A stretch of 64,000 nucleotides of DNA from Blasia pusilla. Its lineage: Eukaryota. Where the stretch lies: positions 8,308,001 to 8,372,000 of the forward strand of contig CM114271.1 of assembly GCA_050084515.1 (NCBI GenBank), given 5' to 3'. The translations under genes were made by a program, and so were the position numbers. Positions within the stretch are counted from its first letter, which is position 1. The number at the start of each line of letters is the position of its first letter. Positions 8,591 through 22,296 of this stretch are shown piece by piece. The notes beneath the pieces were generated by a model, which saw only the letters and a program-made list of their open reading frames with translations, did not search any database and was not told the DNA's origin.

Positions 8591-10151
8591 CAATTGTATG
8601 TGGTAGTGCATGGCTATGAGTCGTTCATCATAGGCTTAGGATGTAAGTCAAGAGGACAGACAAGGAGTATTTGAGGTGAGAGCTCGTATGTGGATAAGCA
8701 CCTAGAACAGGACCTTGTGTTGGATTACACTCGGCCTCGCCCTAGCGTCGGCGAGACAGATGAAGTCTATCTTGGGGCTTGGGGTGATCTTACTTGTGGC
8801 TTCAGAAGTAAACTTAGTGACGCGCCTAAGTCGAATACGAGAGTGACCCAATAGAAGTACAAATTGTAGATCAGGTAAACAAGTGTGATGTTTAGAGGAA
8901 TGAGCCAGAAGAGTCTAAGGTTGCACACTTAGTTAGCTTATTTGATAGGTTAGTTCTTTGGAATGAGTCCAAGCTTATCAAAGAGGAGAGGGTAATAATT
9001 CTAAGTGGTGCAAAGCGACAACTGTAGACTTAGAGGAATTGCAGGTTAGCCACCAGAACGCAATTCAATGTCAAGGGGTAGGCTGCCCAAGAGACTTGAC
9101 ATAACACATGTTTGCGTTGATGAGGGCATCAACCTTTAAAGAGGGGTGAGTGTCGTGATCCTCATGACCAAATGAGTGCCAAAGCGGAACATCGGAACAT
9201 TAGCGGGCTCACGCTAAGATGGTTTGCGCGTTGGAGTAGTCTCGAAGAAGAGACAAGAGACAAGACGCAAGCGAGCCTTCGCGTTTCAGATGTTGTGGTC
9301 GCGACCGAGAAACCTGGACCAAACGCGGAATAAGACTTGAAAGGAGTCGAGTCTAGAAAGTGGGTTGCCAAAGGAAGAATCCGGATTTGGAACGCCACTA
9401 GCGTTTGAGAGTTTCCGACTGTATCTATAACCATAACTTTTAGCGCCGAGATGAGTTTGGATTAGACAAGGGTGCATTGGAAGGCTTATGGAAAGCTGAT
9501 TCAAACGCACTAAAGATCTCTACAAACGGATAAGCAGCGGCTGAGGAAAAAAACCAAGAAACGATTGTAATTAGAGTCGGGTTGAGGGCCACAATGAAGG
9601 GCCCGACCCTCCTTTTCCAAAGGGGGGTTATTGGAGAACCCAGAAGTACTAGTAAGGGGGAAGGTCTCCAAGAGTGCTTGGAACTCGAATCCCACTTTGG
9701 GTGCCACACGGCGGCTCAAGGGCGTGGAACGGATCGAGAGTTTGGGGTTGGGTTGGAAAACCTGAACCAAGTCTACGGAGGTGATTTTAGACATCCCTCT
9801 TGGATTTCACACCGCGACTCAATTTCTTGGGTCTCGGTTTGGAGCTCGCACCAGGTCCGTTGAACAGTTGGGATCGCTAGGCGCGCAAGTGCCATTTTAG
9901 GTTCCTGGACTAATCAGGAAGTCTGTTCCAAGTCTTGAAGGACTTGCCATGTTTTGGAAACTAGGAATTAAGGAAGGTTGAGCTTGATGAGACGCCGAGT
10001 TGAGAACTCGGTGGGTTGGAACGCTGGTTGGCCCGGACCCGACTAACAAGAGTGCGTGTTTGGGTGCAGATCGGCGATGAGATCGTGTCCTACTGAACAT
10101 ACGCTTTCGCAACACTAAAGATTGACGTTCAATGAGAGTAGGGGCACGACA
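8591..10151 (+). mobile_element. Long LTR (chromovirus family, 5'-truncated/solo)
   Basis: High similarity to 33031-34593. Ends ...gtaggggcacgaCA. The homologous LTR end at 40192 is followed by a PBS and gag. Confidence 0.8.
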
Positions 10152-12050
10152 GTAACGACATCATTTTTCAAACACCTTATGGCAGACGGTTGGAGGTCAA
10201 GTTGACGGGAAAGCAGATGCACGGCCACCACGAAAATCAAGCAGCCGCAATAAGTATCTAGTCGGTGCAGTCAACGGGCAATAGCTAATCGGTTGGAGAA
10301 TGGGGCGGTGCAAGACCGCCCAATATCAGGGCGTCAGGAAAGGGCGGGCCGCGGGTCAACGACCAAATGCGGCTACAGGGACGGTTGTGGCCATAGTCCG
10401 GGGAGTTTTTTCAAGAGAACTGGTACAGAACCGGTGTTCCAAAGCCCGAACCGGTAAATTTAGATTTCCATCCGGCTTTTCAGATACGTTTACAAAAACA
10501 TCCCCCCTAAACTTGCCAGTTTTTTCCCGACGAGTTTGGATTGAATCGGAAAATTTTGATTTTAGCCGGCTACGATTACTCGTAACCCCGGATCTCCCTG
10601 TTCATTGGTTGTGGCGGCACAATGGGTGAGGCCGGGTGAAGCAGGTTGACATTCGTTCAATGGCGGGCAGGGCAGCAACGGCAGTTGCGGTCACAGCTAC
10701 GATCGCGGCAGCAACGAAGGCTGTGGAGTAGCCGCGGTTAACGCGTTTAGGGGCAACTTGAGGGGTCTCTGTAGGCGCCAAATGTGACAGTGGCGGGGGA
10801 GAGCAACCCGTCAGGGCCGACCATGGCCACTTGACTGTGGGGAGGAATGCCGCTCCATTTCGCGCAACGTGGGCGGGACAACCAAGAACGGACCTAACTT
10901 GGCGTGAGCAACGCAGTAGCCACCCGAGTGTCAGCGAAGATGCACTTGTATCCGCGATTCCCTCTTTCAGCCTACGTCTGCCCACTGTTATTTTGTCCTT
11001 TTACTCAATCAACCCTATGACAAGGGGGTGAGTTCCTATTTTTGCTAACTTGATTGCCCCCCTTCTGACAGCTTTCCAATTTGCCTGCTTTCCCACAAAT
11101 TCCTCCTAGACTTGAGGGTCAACACCCCCCCAAAAATGGTTTTCATTCACTTTTTACACTAGCTCTTTCACTTTTCCTATCCAGTCACCACAAAAGTTTT
11201 ACTTTTCTATCTCTCAAATAAGGATTTTACCAAAGGAAATTGAAGTTTCACTCACACGGTAGCACGGTACCTATGCCAGCTTGTTCAATCAACCAAAACT
11301 TTGTGCTCCAAAACTGAGAATTGCGCACTGTTTATTTGGCAGCGTACAAAGCTTCCCGATATATGTCAGCGTTAAATCGGTTTCCTCATTTGAACTTACA
11401 ATAAAATCTGAGAGGGATTTTCATGCAACCCTTCAATCTGCACTCATACAAAAAATTTGACAGCGCGGATTTCTCCCAACAAAAATTGAAAACTTGTAAA
11501 CGCAAAAACCAGCAAGCTTCAAGGTACTCCCAAGAGCACCGGCATGGAGAAATATGCTCCCACACACAATTTATAACACAAATTGGGCAGCGCTCTAGCG
11601 CGCCATTCTCCTATACGAAAAATCGGCAAAGACAACAGAAAAATCGAGCGCCTCTTGCTCTGGTGAGCACTCCCATGAACATCTGAAAAAGGAACATGGT
11701 CCCCAACCTGCACCAACACTGAGTGACCAAAAAGCTCCTCTATTTAAGCTCTCTCACTCTCTCATTCTCTCCTTGTAACCTCTTGGCATAAGGCGGCGGA
11801 GCTATGGTCCTCCTTGCCTTGTGTGTGTAACCCAAGCCTCTCATGAGGAGAGCGGGTTTGACATGAGAGAGAGTGCATACAATGGAGAGCTTGGTGTGAG
11901 ATATGATGGGAGATTTGATCGATAAACCTAAGAGAGCAGGTTACCCGTGTCCTCAACAGGTCATCCTTGACCTCTTGAGGTTGTCCTCTAATATCTCCGA
12001 AGGTGCTCTACTAGATCTCGTCGATCTATCCTAATAGACGTGACACATAT

Positions 12051-15000
12051 CTAGATCTTTCCCGATTTCTTCTTAGGAAAAATCACTATTGGGGAAACCC
12101 ATTCACTACTCAACAAATGATATATGGCTCTTGCTTCAAGACGCAGGTCAATCTCTTCCTTGACCAATAATGAGTACTTTGGGTTTAACTTATACTGTCG
12201 CATCCTAACTAGGACCATACTCGCCTTACGATCAAATCTTGTGCTCTCCATACTTAGCTGGAATGCCCTTCATTTCATCCATTGTGTAGGCAAACACATC
12301 CAAGAAATCAGAAAGTAAGTTTTTATATACTTGAAGTTCAGCGGAAGACAAGTTTGTCGATAGGTGCAACGCTTTCTGACTAGTGATCTGCACCTTTTGA
12401 TGCACCATATTTTCTGTAAATTTGTAAGTGGTAGTCCTAATTTCTCCTCCCCCTGGGATAACTTACTATGTTATAATGACAAAGACTCTTTTTCGACCTC
12501 ATAAAATTATAAATACTAAGCATAAGACGAAGACCCTGTATCAACTGCAGTCTCCTGGTTGGAGGTGTAGCCTTCGTCCGTGGTTGGCATCTCTCCTTGG
12601 GAATATTGTAACTTCCAGGATAGCTTCACCAGCTTCTTTGGAGATTGGCCCAAAGCTTGAAAAGTGAACCTTCTTCTTTTTCAATCTGTATTCACTCGCA
12701 CTCCATAAAGCCAAGGTTGTCCTATCAATAAAGGGTAGCCTGTGACTGTCAAGGGTTGAAGTACAATGTAATCCAAGTTTGGATCTGAGTGAGGTATCCT
12801 AGGGGTTGCTTCAGGGAGTGATCGGAAAAGCGCAAGTACTTGTCAGTAGGTTTGTACTTCATGTAGCCAAAAGCATGAGCTCTCTGCTCGATCATAATAT
12901 TAATCCTACTTCCAGAATCGATGGGGACTTTCTTGATTTTTCTACCTCCAATCTCCACCTCTGTCTCCGACGCTCTGAGATCCTCTACCTTGATGCAGAA
13001 TAGGTCAACCACCGAAAACTTTTTGGCATTCTTCTTGGTCTTCTTTCGGCCCATCTTCCATTTTTGAAGGATCTTTACCCGAATGGGGTTATCCATCAAT
13101 AGCTGCAATAGTGAGATATTCGCGAGAATGGACGCCATATCTTGAATTAAGTCATAAGCCTCCATGATGAGCAGGGAAGTCATCATGGCCTCTACAGCCG
13201 GCTCTTCCACAAGCTTCACTCTTGCCGAAGACTCTTTCAACAAAGATCCTTGTGCGTGATCCTTGCTAACTTGTTTGCAGACATGTTCTTCAAAATCCTG
13301 ATGGAAATACTTAGGATGATTCCGGTCGGAGGCTGGACCCATGTCGCCCTTCAAATTGGCTTTTCCTGCTCGGAAAGGTTCAATCCCCTTCTTAGAAACT
13401 TCATTGCTTTGCAACGACGAAGGATTAATCTTCGTCTTGGTCTTCACACTATGCTTAGTCTTCGACCTGGTTTCCACTACAAGGACTTTGTTCACGATCT
13501 TCTCGGTCCAATTAGAAGACTCTTCCGCACTCTTCCTACCAAGCTCCTCTTCCTTGATGGTAACCCACTTACTCACCTTTTGAGAAGTGATTTCCTCCAC
13601 GCACACCAGTAGCACGTTCACCTTGTTCTTGGCTCCATCCGACGCTGATTGGGTGGCTACATACTTCACTAGCAATCTTGGAACATTAATTCTGAGCACT
13701 CCACCGCAGTATGGGCACCTTTCTTAGAATTTCCGCACAAGGGATTCAACCCCATTGATCTTTTTGGGGTTGGGAAATTCTTCGCCCAGTGGTCAGTTGC
13801 TCCACAATTGTAGCAACAATTCTTCTTGATTGGTGGAGTGAAAGCCGCGGGTCCCATGATTTTCCGTAGAGGTCTTTGTTCTCCATATTTCGGAGGCACA
13901 TACCTTGGAATCCAATTTTGGGCAATAGAGGAAGTTGGGACGGTTTGGATTGCATAGCAACCCTCCCACTGCTCAGCTTCATACAACCCATCCTCTGCAA
14001 TTGGGTCTTTTTGGACCCAACGAAGATCTCGCTGAAGATGGCACTCTTGTGCAATGTGCACTTGGTTTCTGCAAGCACTGCACCATAAGTTATGCCTCAT
14101 CATACTCGATCTTCATCTCGGATCTTTCAAGGCTTCTAGATGAACTTTCAATTCGGCCATCTGCTTGGTCAACTCTTCGATGGCAGACTTCTCTACATCC
14201 TTCTTTAGCTTGCGAGCTAGACTCGTCAACTTCCGGCTAGCATGCTTTGTAGACTTGGTCTTTTCTTCGAGTCCTGAGGACGAGGAGCTCTTATAATGCC
14301 TCGCTTTCCTTTTACCCTAGGCCTTGGAGTCTTCCTCAGACTATGAATCTTTGCTATCACTCACAGACGAGGCCTATGCAGAATACGAAGATAAAGAGTC
14401 TTCAGATAAAGAGCTGAACTCCTTCCTCTGGTTTCTCCTTCTCCTATTCTTCCTTGATTTTTTTGAAGCTTTGTAGGCTTCAATAGAAGCAATGGCAATT
14501 TCTAGAGAATCTCTCTGCCCTCTCCGACAGTAGCGGTCTATTTCTTTTGACAGTCCTGACACAAACCAATCCACCAACTGCAACACCGAGGCTGCCAATG
14601 AGGTTGCAAAATCTTTGGGTGTACTTCCTCAGTGTTTCCCTCTTCTTCCTGTTGCAGAGCCTTGTGAGTAGCCGGTCTTCAAATTCTAAGTCTCGTAACT
14701 TGTGAAAGAACACCTGGAGAACTGTTGGCCAGGTTTCTAGTGTTCCTTCTTCCAACCCATCATACCACTGGCTAGCTTGCTTCTTCAGGAGTCCAAGAAA
14801 GATCCACAGAAGGTCCTCCCCTGAACCCTCCCCATTTGCCTCAGCTACATGGGTGAATTCTAAAATAAAGTCATCCGCATCGTCCCGCTTACTCCCTGCG
14901 AACTTGGGGTACCTCAACAAGGATTTCCTCAGTTGCGCCATGGTTTCCTCACCCTCTTTGCTTTGTGCTAGGCTTAAGCCTCTAGAGGGTGGGGGTAGAG

Positions 15001-15720
15001 TTGGAGGTGGAGATTGATCCGTATCCTTGCCGTCCGTGGTGTCGCTCGGATGACGTTCCCCTAACGTGTTCCATGCCTTTTCTTCCTCAATCCTCGAGGG
15101 TGAAGAGTGGGCTTGAGGAGACTTCCTCTTCCCTTTGCCTCATGCAGGAGGTGTTGTTCAAGGAGGGGAAGGTTTCTTCACATGTGTTCCCTGCAGTTTC
15201 CATGCTCTTTGCTCTGCTTGTTGTCTTCTACATCTATCAACTCGCTGATTGCGTGTCTCAAGAGGTCGCTCGATACCCATCTGAGCTTGGCAATGCTTCT
15301 CTTACTACCCACCCAACAAAACGCATGGATCGCCACTCCATGGGAATTACGAGTTTTTCTAAAGGCACTTTCCTACACAGAAGCCATTTGCACAAGATCT
15401 TCTTCCCACAAAGAAGTACCAAATCATCACGCGGTACCACAGATGTTCGTGGGTCGGACACCTCTTGGCCTTGGGTTCTTTTACAAGATCAGGTAACCTC
15501 TCTAGATCATACAAGACTTGAACCGCGAAGCAGTTGGATCCTGAATCTGAGATCCACTGTGTGAGTGGGAGTAGCCAAGACAAGAGAGGCTCTTGTGTCA
15601 AACTGAGTGTGGGTTCTGAAACTGCGAAGCAGTTCTTGCTTATGCTTCCTCCCGCATGCCCCACTTCCACTACCACTCTTTTCTTGGGAGATCTGGTGAT
15701 CCTTGGCAATGGCGCCAAAA
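12051..15720 (-). mobile_element. Degenerate Ty3/gypsy internal region: PBS, gag, zinc knuckle, aspartic protease, start of RT
   Basis: PBS-like tggcgccattgcc (minus, ~15704-15716). Gag KFAGSKRDDADDFILEF (14480-14941), CYNCGATDHWAK (13669-14103), VPIDSGSRINIM (12749-13699) and RT start VKEEID..SEWVSPIVIFPKK (12051-12251). Confidence 0.85.
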
Positions 15721-15736
15721 TTTTACGGTCATCTTT

Positions 15737-16990
15737 TGTAATGTACAAGTGAATGGAAAAGGTGATCCTTTTGTCGAAAAGTAGGAAGTTTGTTCCCAAG
15801 AGATCTCTATTTCTCCTAAAGAAAAGAGATATTTTGTTAAGATTTCAAAGTATAAGCTTCTTAGTAGTTTTGTAGCTCAGTAACCAAGAAAGAGATCTCC
15901 AGTAGTACAATATCGTTCTATGAGTTTTCCCTCCTAATACTCTTCTCGAGTGTAGAAAAAGAAATTTCACAGGGTTCTTGAATATTTGAATTTGAACAAG
16001 GACCTCATAGAGAACGCAAGGAAGTTGTGGCTCATCCTTCTTTCAGAATTGTAACTGTCAAGGCATGCTATTCTCTATCTAACAGATTTCATATGCTACT
16101 CCCCGATTATCCTTGCAAATTTGGATGCTAACAAACCTACTCTCATCTTTATTGCAACCCAACAAGATAATTCAATCAACATCGCATATCGGAGAAAATG
16201 AAAGAGGAACTCTTCTTACATCAAAGAGTGAAGGGAACTACAAGAGGTTACAGGTTGCGGAGTATGCTAGGCCCCTCCTTGGGCCACTCAACCCGGATCT
16301 TTCCAACACTAATACTCCTAAAGATGGACGCAAAGTACATTAATGATAAGAATGACGCTCAGTTCAACAAACTAACTCTTTAAATAGTGTTCTCAATAGG
16401 TAGCGGACTTAAGTGATGAAAGAGTTCATGCCCCTTCAAGATGTTGCTTAGTACTTCCTAACTCCTTAATCTATTGCTCGTCTTCTTTATCTCTTGATCC
16501 CTATGAATGCGCCAAACTAACCATTGTGCCTATTCTTTTCTCGAGTTAAACGATATGTATTTTCCCTGTCTTAACTACTTGACAAGACAACTCTTGGACT
16601 AACTAATAGACCTCGCTATTTTATGAAGCACTCTTGTCTTCGCAAAAACTCCCGAGAAGTGCCTCTTACTACAGTTCTTTTGCTATAAAGTTAAGCTTCG
16701 GTTTCTTTCTCTTCTCTCTTCCTTCTTTGTCTTTGCTCACCGTTCTTTGTTATGAAGCACCAAGAACTTTGTGCTTCATCTTTCTTTTTTTCCACTCCTT
16801 GAAGATAATGCTTGATCTTTCAATCTCTTTGTCTTCTCAATGGAGCTTCGTTCCACTTCACACTCAAAAAAAAGTTCACCAAAGTCTCTTGAAAATCTTT
16901 TCCTTACTTTATATATAATTCTCAACAAAACCTGAGTCTTCAATCTTTATCCGCGAAGATTTTTCTTCAAATCTGTACCAAAGAAAGAAC
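15737..16990. mobile_element. LTR-like fragment (TGTAATGTACA family, diverged)
   Basis: Begins tgtaatgtacaag like 44951 and 42677. Shares actcttc..tacatcaaagagtg with 43150. Confidence 0.55.
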
Positions 16991-16993
16991 TAC

Positions 16994-19900
16994 TGTGGAA
17001 AACTACTAAAGAAGCATAACTGTTGGGAAACGGCTCTCACACTCACACACCACCATGGAGAACAAAATTTGCAATGAGAGAATGAGTGGAGGCTGGTCCC
17101 TTCTCAATTATATAGGGTATGTACGAGCCACCCTAACCCTAACCTTAACCATAGTCTCGAGTTAGACTAATTGTGATTAACTAACCCTAGTTAAGATAAT
17201 CGCGCTTAACTGACTAACCAAGATTTAGCTTCCCTACTTTGTGTAAGTACAAAATGTAGTAGTTCAGGTGTCTCACGAGCTTGACTGAACTCAATCTTCA
17301 ATACTCTCGAGACCTCAAGCTCATATCGATATCTCTAACGCCTAAATCATTTCTAAACATCTCAAACTTATCTCTAGACAATGCATGTGTAAAGATGTCA
17401 GCAATTTGCTGATCTGTACCTATATACACAAGATGAATTTCTCCTGCAAGTACTTTCTCTCTGATAAAATGATAATGCACGTCAATATGGTTTGTACGAG
17501 CATGAAACACAGGGTTATTAGCAATCTTGATGCTACTAATATTTTTTGCATATATTACGCTAGGTCCTAAGTTACTAACACCAATCTCAACAAGTAATCG
17601 ATAAAGCCACACCGCCTCATATGCTGCATTGGTTGCTCCATTGTACTCAGCCTCTGTTGAAGATAAAGCAACTGTAGGTTGCTTCTTGGAAGCCTAACTT
17701 ATAGTTGCGCTTCCTAAATTAAATAAATAACCAGATGTGAAGTGTCGATCAGACACGCTTCCTATCCAATCAGCATCCATGAATCCCTGTTATTGAAAAC
17801 TCAAAGAAGATTCAAATTGAAGCCCAAATGGAATAGAGAATTTCACATACTCCATAATCCTCCTCACAGCATCAAGGTGAGGTTTTCGAGGTGCTTGCAT
17901 AAACTGGCTCACTAGAACATAGCTCAAATCTGGCCTGGTTATAGTTAGATAGATTAAACTTCCAACCATGCACGTGTACATATTAGAATCTGCAAGCAAC
18001 TCTCCTTCATCCACTCTTAGCTTCACACTCTCGTCTAACTCTGTAGAGATTGGCTTAGAAGCCGTCATACCATATTTTGAAAGCATATGAAGAACATGTT
18101 GTCGTTGTAGTAACCACATGCTCTCTCCAACCTTGATAAACTCAATACCAAAGAAGTACTTGAGTTCTCCCAAGTCCTTCATATTGAAATGTACAAGAGT
18201 TTCTATTTTACAGTCGTTTAATAAGTTTGATCCCCAAGAGGATCATTGTTTGATGAAAAAAGAGTTCAAAATTATAATTCTTTTGTAATAGTTGTATTTA
18301 AATGTGTATGATTTATATTCAATATCTTATCAATATTTTTGGATCTTTCTTAGTACCAAAGTTTATTTTCTCAATTCTCTCTAGTGGAGTTGACAGCACG
18401 CTCTGGTAGATTTCCTCTCGATCTCAAGAAACCTCACAGAGACCTCAACATGAAAGCTGGCTTTTCCTACTTTCGGAACTCAATCCGTCTCGGCAGGCTA
18501 CTCTCTGTCAAACAAATTTCCTACAACTCTATGTTGATTATTCCATTGATGAGAAAGGTTCGCCTGATTCACTCCTCACTCTGCAGATCCAATAAGAATA
18601 CTCAGACATAAACATCGCGATTCAGAACGAAGAAATTATCGCTTTACTACTCCATCAAGAATGAGAAAGCTTCAAAGTGTATACAAGCTTGAGAGGGTAC
18701 TACTCCCTTGCTCGGACCATTCCTACAGCATAAGGATTTCGTAAGAGAATGATGATGATAGCTACTTTTATTGCTTCTTAAATACTCTCTAAAGGAGGAG
18801 TGATCCAAAGATTCGAAACGTTCTTGAAGAAGCTGGTGGCTCTTCAACTTTTGTAACTACCTAGATCTATGGTGCTCTTTGCTTTTCCTATGATCCCTAT
18901 GAATCCGCAGACCAAAACTGTCATAACTACCAATTTGATCCAAAGGGTTGCGTCTCTTCCTATTCTAACTGTTCTAACTATGTGTCGCTTGAAATTAGTG
19001 TCAGTCTTAGCTTCGCTTTGCTGCTAAGTCTGGACCTCTTTTGCTTCGCTTGAGCACGAAGCTCTTTCTCCTGATCTGAAGACGAAGCGCTCCATTATTG
19101 GTTCTTGTTCCATGTGCTTCGTTCTTCGTGCTTCGTTCACGAGCAAAGTACTTCTTTCTCTTCTTCTTCATGCTTCGTTATGCTTTGTTATAGAGCGAAG
19201 CACTTCATAGACAGAGCTTCGTTGAGCTTCGTTGTCATCTTGAAGCTTCTTGCTGGGTTTTGAGACTTCGTTACTTTAGTCTCCTCTCCTCTTAGGAAAA
19301 TCCTTGATTTTCTATCTCTCTGCCTTGTCCTTGGAGCTTCGTGATTCACTTTAATCTTACTCATTCCTTCCCATAATAATATATAATAATCAAAATCATA
19401 ATGTATGTACAAGTCTTCGTTGAATAAAAAGATATATTTCTTCAAAAGTACAAAATTGTGGGTATCACATATCCCCTCCCCTCCCTCAAATGTGAGCCGC
19501 CCCGGCGAACACTTTAGGATGTTTCTTCTAACTCCATAAAATTATCCTCTAAACTATCAAACTCAGGTGTAGGCGTAAAACGACCGTGAATAGTAGAAGG
19601 TTTGTTGATAATGTTGGGGGTGTGATTGCGCATTCTTTCTCGCGATTTATTAACAACTAGTTTACTTCCTAATACTCTCCTCCTCCATCACAACGCAATC
19701 TGAGAATGTGTCCTCGAGTCTGCTTCTCTACTATAACTCTGAATATTTGGAACAATGAGAATACCTCTGACTTGGCTTTCAGAAAGTATACCCATATATA
19801 CCTAGAGAATTCATGAATAAATGAAATAAAGTATTGGCAACCACTAAGGCTATGTTGTGATGTTGTCCACACATCATTGTGGATCAACTCCAATATCCTG

Positions 19901-22296
19901 GATGCTCTTCTACCTTGCTTTGGAAAAGGAAATCTAGCTTATTTTCCAAATTGGCAAGCTGGACATACCTCCAACGTAGCAGGACTCGCTAATTTAGGGA
20001 GTTTTATTACTATATTAGATGATGAAAGACTCTATAATCTTTGAAGATTTATATGTCCAATTCTATTATGCCACATATTTAGATCTGTGACTTGTTGGCC
20101 TCTTTGACCATACATTGCTGTTTCAATCTTTGGCATAGAAACATCTAATTTGAATATTCTGCCAAATGTAGTTCCTTTGGCTATCGTAGTGTGGTTATCC
20201 ATTGTTTCAATGAAACAACCATCTGCGTTAAACTTCACTTGATAGCCCTGTTCTACTATTTGTCCTATAGAGATCAGGTTTCTTGCAATGGTAGGAATAT
20301 AGAGAACATTTCCAAGTGCACAAAGATTGTCTAAGGCTATTGGAACTTTACCGGTATGCATGATATGATGTTGAGTGTCATCTCCTGTGAGCACAATTGT
20401 AGGATCTTTCACCGGCTCCAAACTACTGAACCATTTAGCTTGTGAGGTCATGTGATTTGATGCAATAGAGTTAATATACCAATCTGTTGTCAAGTCTTTC
20501 TTGACCATTGCTCCCATATAATGAGTCATAACCAAGAGATGTTTTGTTTGTGAATGTTGTTGTTTTTGGTACTACTCTTGGTGTTGTTGCTCCACATAGT
20601 TTTGTTGCTATAAGGCTCCTGTTCTCATATCTGCCTTTTTTCTGAAGCAAAATTTTGCATAGTGACTCTTTATCCCACAGTAATTGCAAGATCCAAGGAC
20701 CCTCTGCTGCTGACCTCGACCCTAACGGTTTCCACCATCACCACCTTGTGATTGTGTCTGATACTGGTTCGTAGTTGATTGAGTGACGTTATATTGAGTG
20801 CCTCTTCCTCCATATGCTTGATATCCACCACGACCACGGAAGCTTTTGCCATGACCCCTGCCTCTCTTTGATCCATAACCTACAAATAACGCATTCTCTT
20901 GCAGACTAGACGAGCGACCGTTGCCTACTAGGCACATCTCTTCACTGATTAAAAATGGGACTAACTCTTGAAAGGTTGGATAATTCTCTCTCATAGAGAT
21001 AGAGGTCTCAAAGGACTTGTAATTCTTAGGAAGGCCTTGAAGAGTGAATAAAATCATATCATCAACTTCTACTGTCACTCAATCGAATGCTATTCAACTG
21101 ATCAACAATATATCTGATACTCAAAATATAATTATCGATGCTCTGTGATCCTTTCCTCGCTTTATTCAATTACTATTTCAATTGAAGCTTTCACGCCTTT
21201 ATAGATATCAAGAATAGATTTTCCAATGCATCCTAGGTCTCCTTCGGAGTATCAACATCTTAAATGTGACCTATCATTGGTGAACTAATCATTATTGAAA
21301 TGTAGTGGATTACTTGCCTTGCGCGTTTGTTCCAGGCGCAAACATTCAAGTCTGTTGAGTCACCTTCTGGCTTGGCCTCATTACCTGTGACAAGCTCCCA
21401 TAGTTCTTGACCCATAATAAATTTTTTTATGCCAAACTTCCAGACAATGTAATTCTGCCTATTTAGCTTCTCGCTTGTGATTGCTGTTGAGGAATACTCC
21501 ATGACGAACGATTTCACTCAAAAAAACGTTATTTCATGCTCTCTACTGCTCCAATAGAAGCATAGACCATTCCTACATAGAAATTGACCTGAAATTTGCT
21601 AAAATTGATCAACTTTATGAAAGAACTAGTAAAAAATGGCTTGTAGAGAGCAAACTGCACAACTTTTTTTCACTAATTGCACTTTCTTACACTAGAATTA
21701 CTACTGCAAGAGCTCAGAATCTCATAATCAAGAAATTTTGGATGCATTGGAAAGCTCTTGACAAGCTCTATGCAAAGGCTAGAAAATATGGCTAAATCAA
21801 CTAGGAAATCCTTCAAAAAAGTCTCCAAAGTTTTATCACCGTCAAAGCTCCACCTGAAATCTACACCCACTGAGCTCTGAACAAAATTTCCTTCTCCCAA
21901 ACTGAAATTGTGCCTTCTCTTGCCTCTCTTCTCTCCTCAAACACCAAGAATTTCAAGTGATGTTCTCTTATCGCTCTAATACCATGTGGAAAATTGCGAA
22001 AGAAGCATAACTGGTGGGAAACGACTCTCATACTCACACACCACCATGGAGAAAAAAATTTGCAATGAGAGAATGAGTGGATGTTGGTCCCCTTCTCAAT
22101 TATATAGGGTATGTTCAAACAACCCTAAACTTAACCTTAACCATAGTCTCGAGTTATACTAATTATGATTAACTAACAATAGTTAAGATAATCGCGCTTA
22201 ACTGACTAACCAAGATTAAGCTTCCCTACTTCTTGTGAGTATCAAATGTAGCAATTCAAATGTCTCATAAGCTTGAATGTAACTCAATCTTCAATA
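16994..22296 (-). mobile_element. Ty1/copia retrotransposon copy 1 (degenerate, interrupted, with integrase-RT deletion)
   Basis: LTRs 21985-22296 and 16994-17303. PBS tggtattagagc. Gag 21260-21517 and 20722-21078, protease DWYINSIASNHM (20032-20535), integrase ELIHNDVW..LRCDGGGEY (19669-19893), RT 17790-18182 and RNase H 17298-17612. Confidence 0.9.
18185..19469 (-). mobile_element. LTR (~1.28 kb) with adjacent polypurine tract, nested in copia copy 1
   Basis: Closely similar to 44951-46204. TG...CA ends. The purine tract gagggaggggaggggata lies on the minus strand at 19470-19487. Confidence 0.8.

Noticed and set aside
18180-19472. CATAT target-site duplication around the nested LTR
   Set aside because: The right flank is a PPT and non-copia sequence rather than the continuation of copia RT, so the match is probably coincidental.
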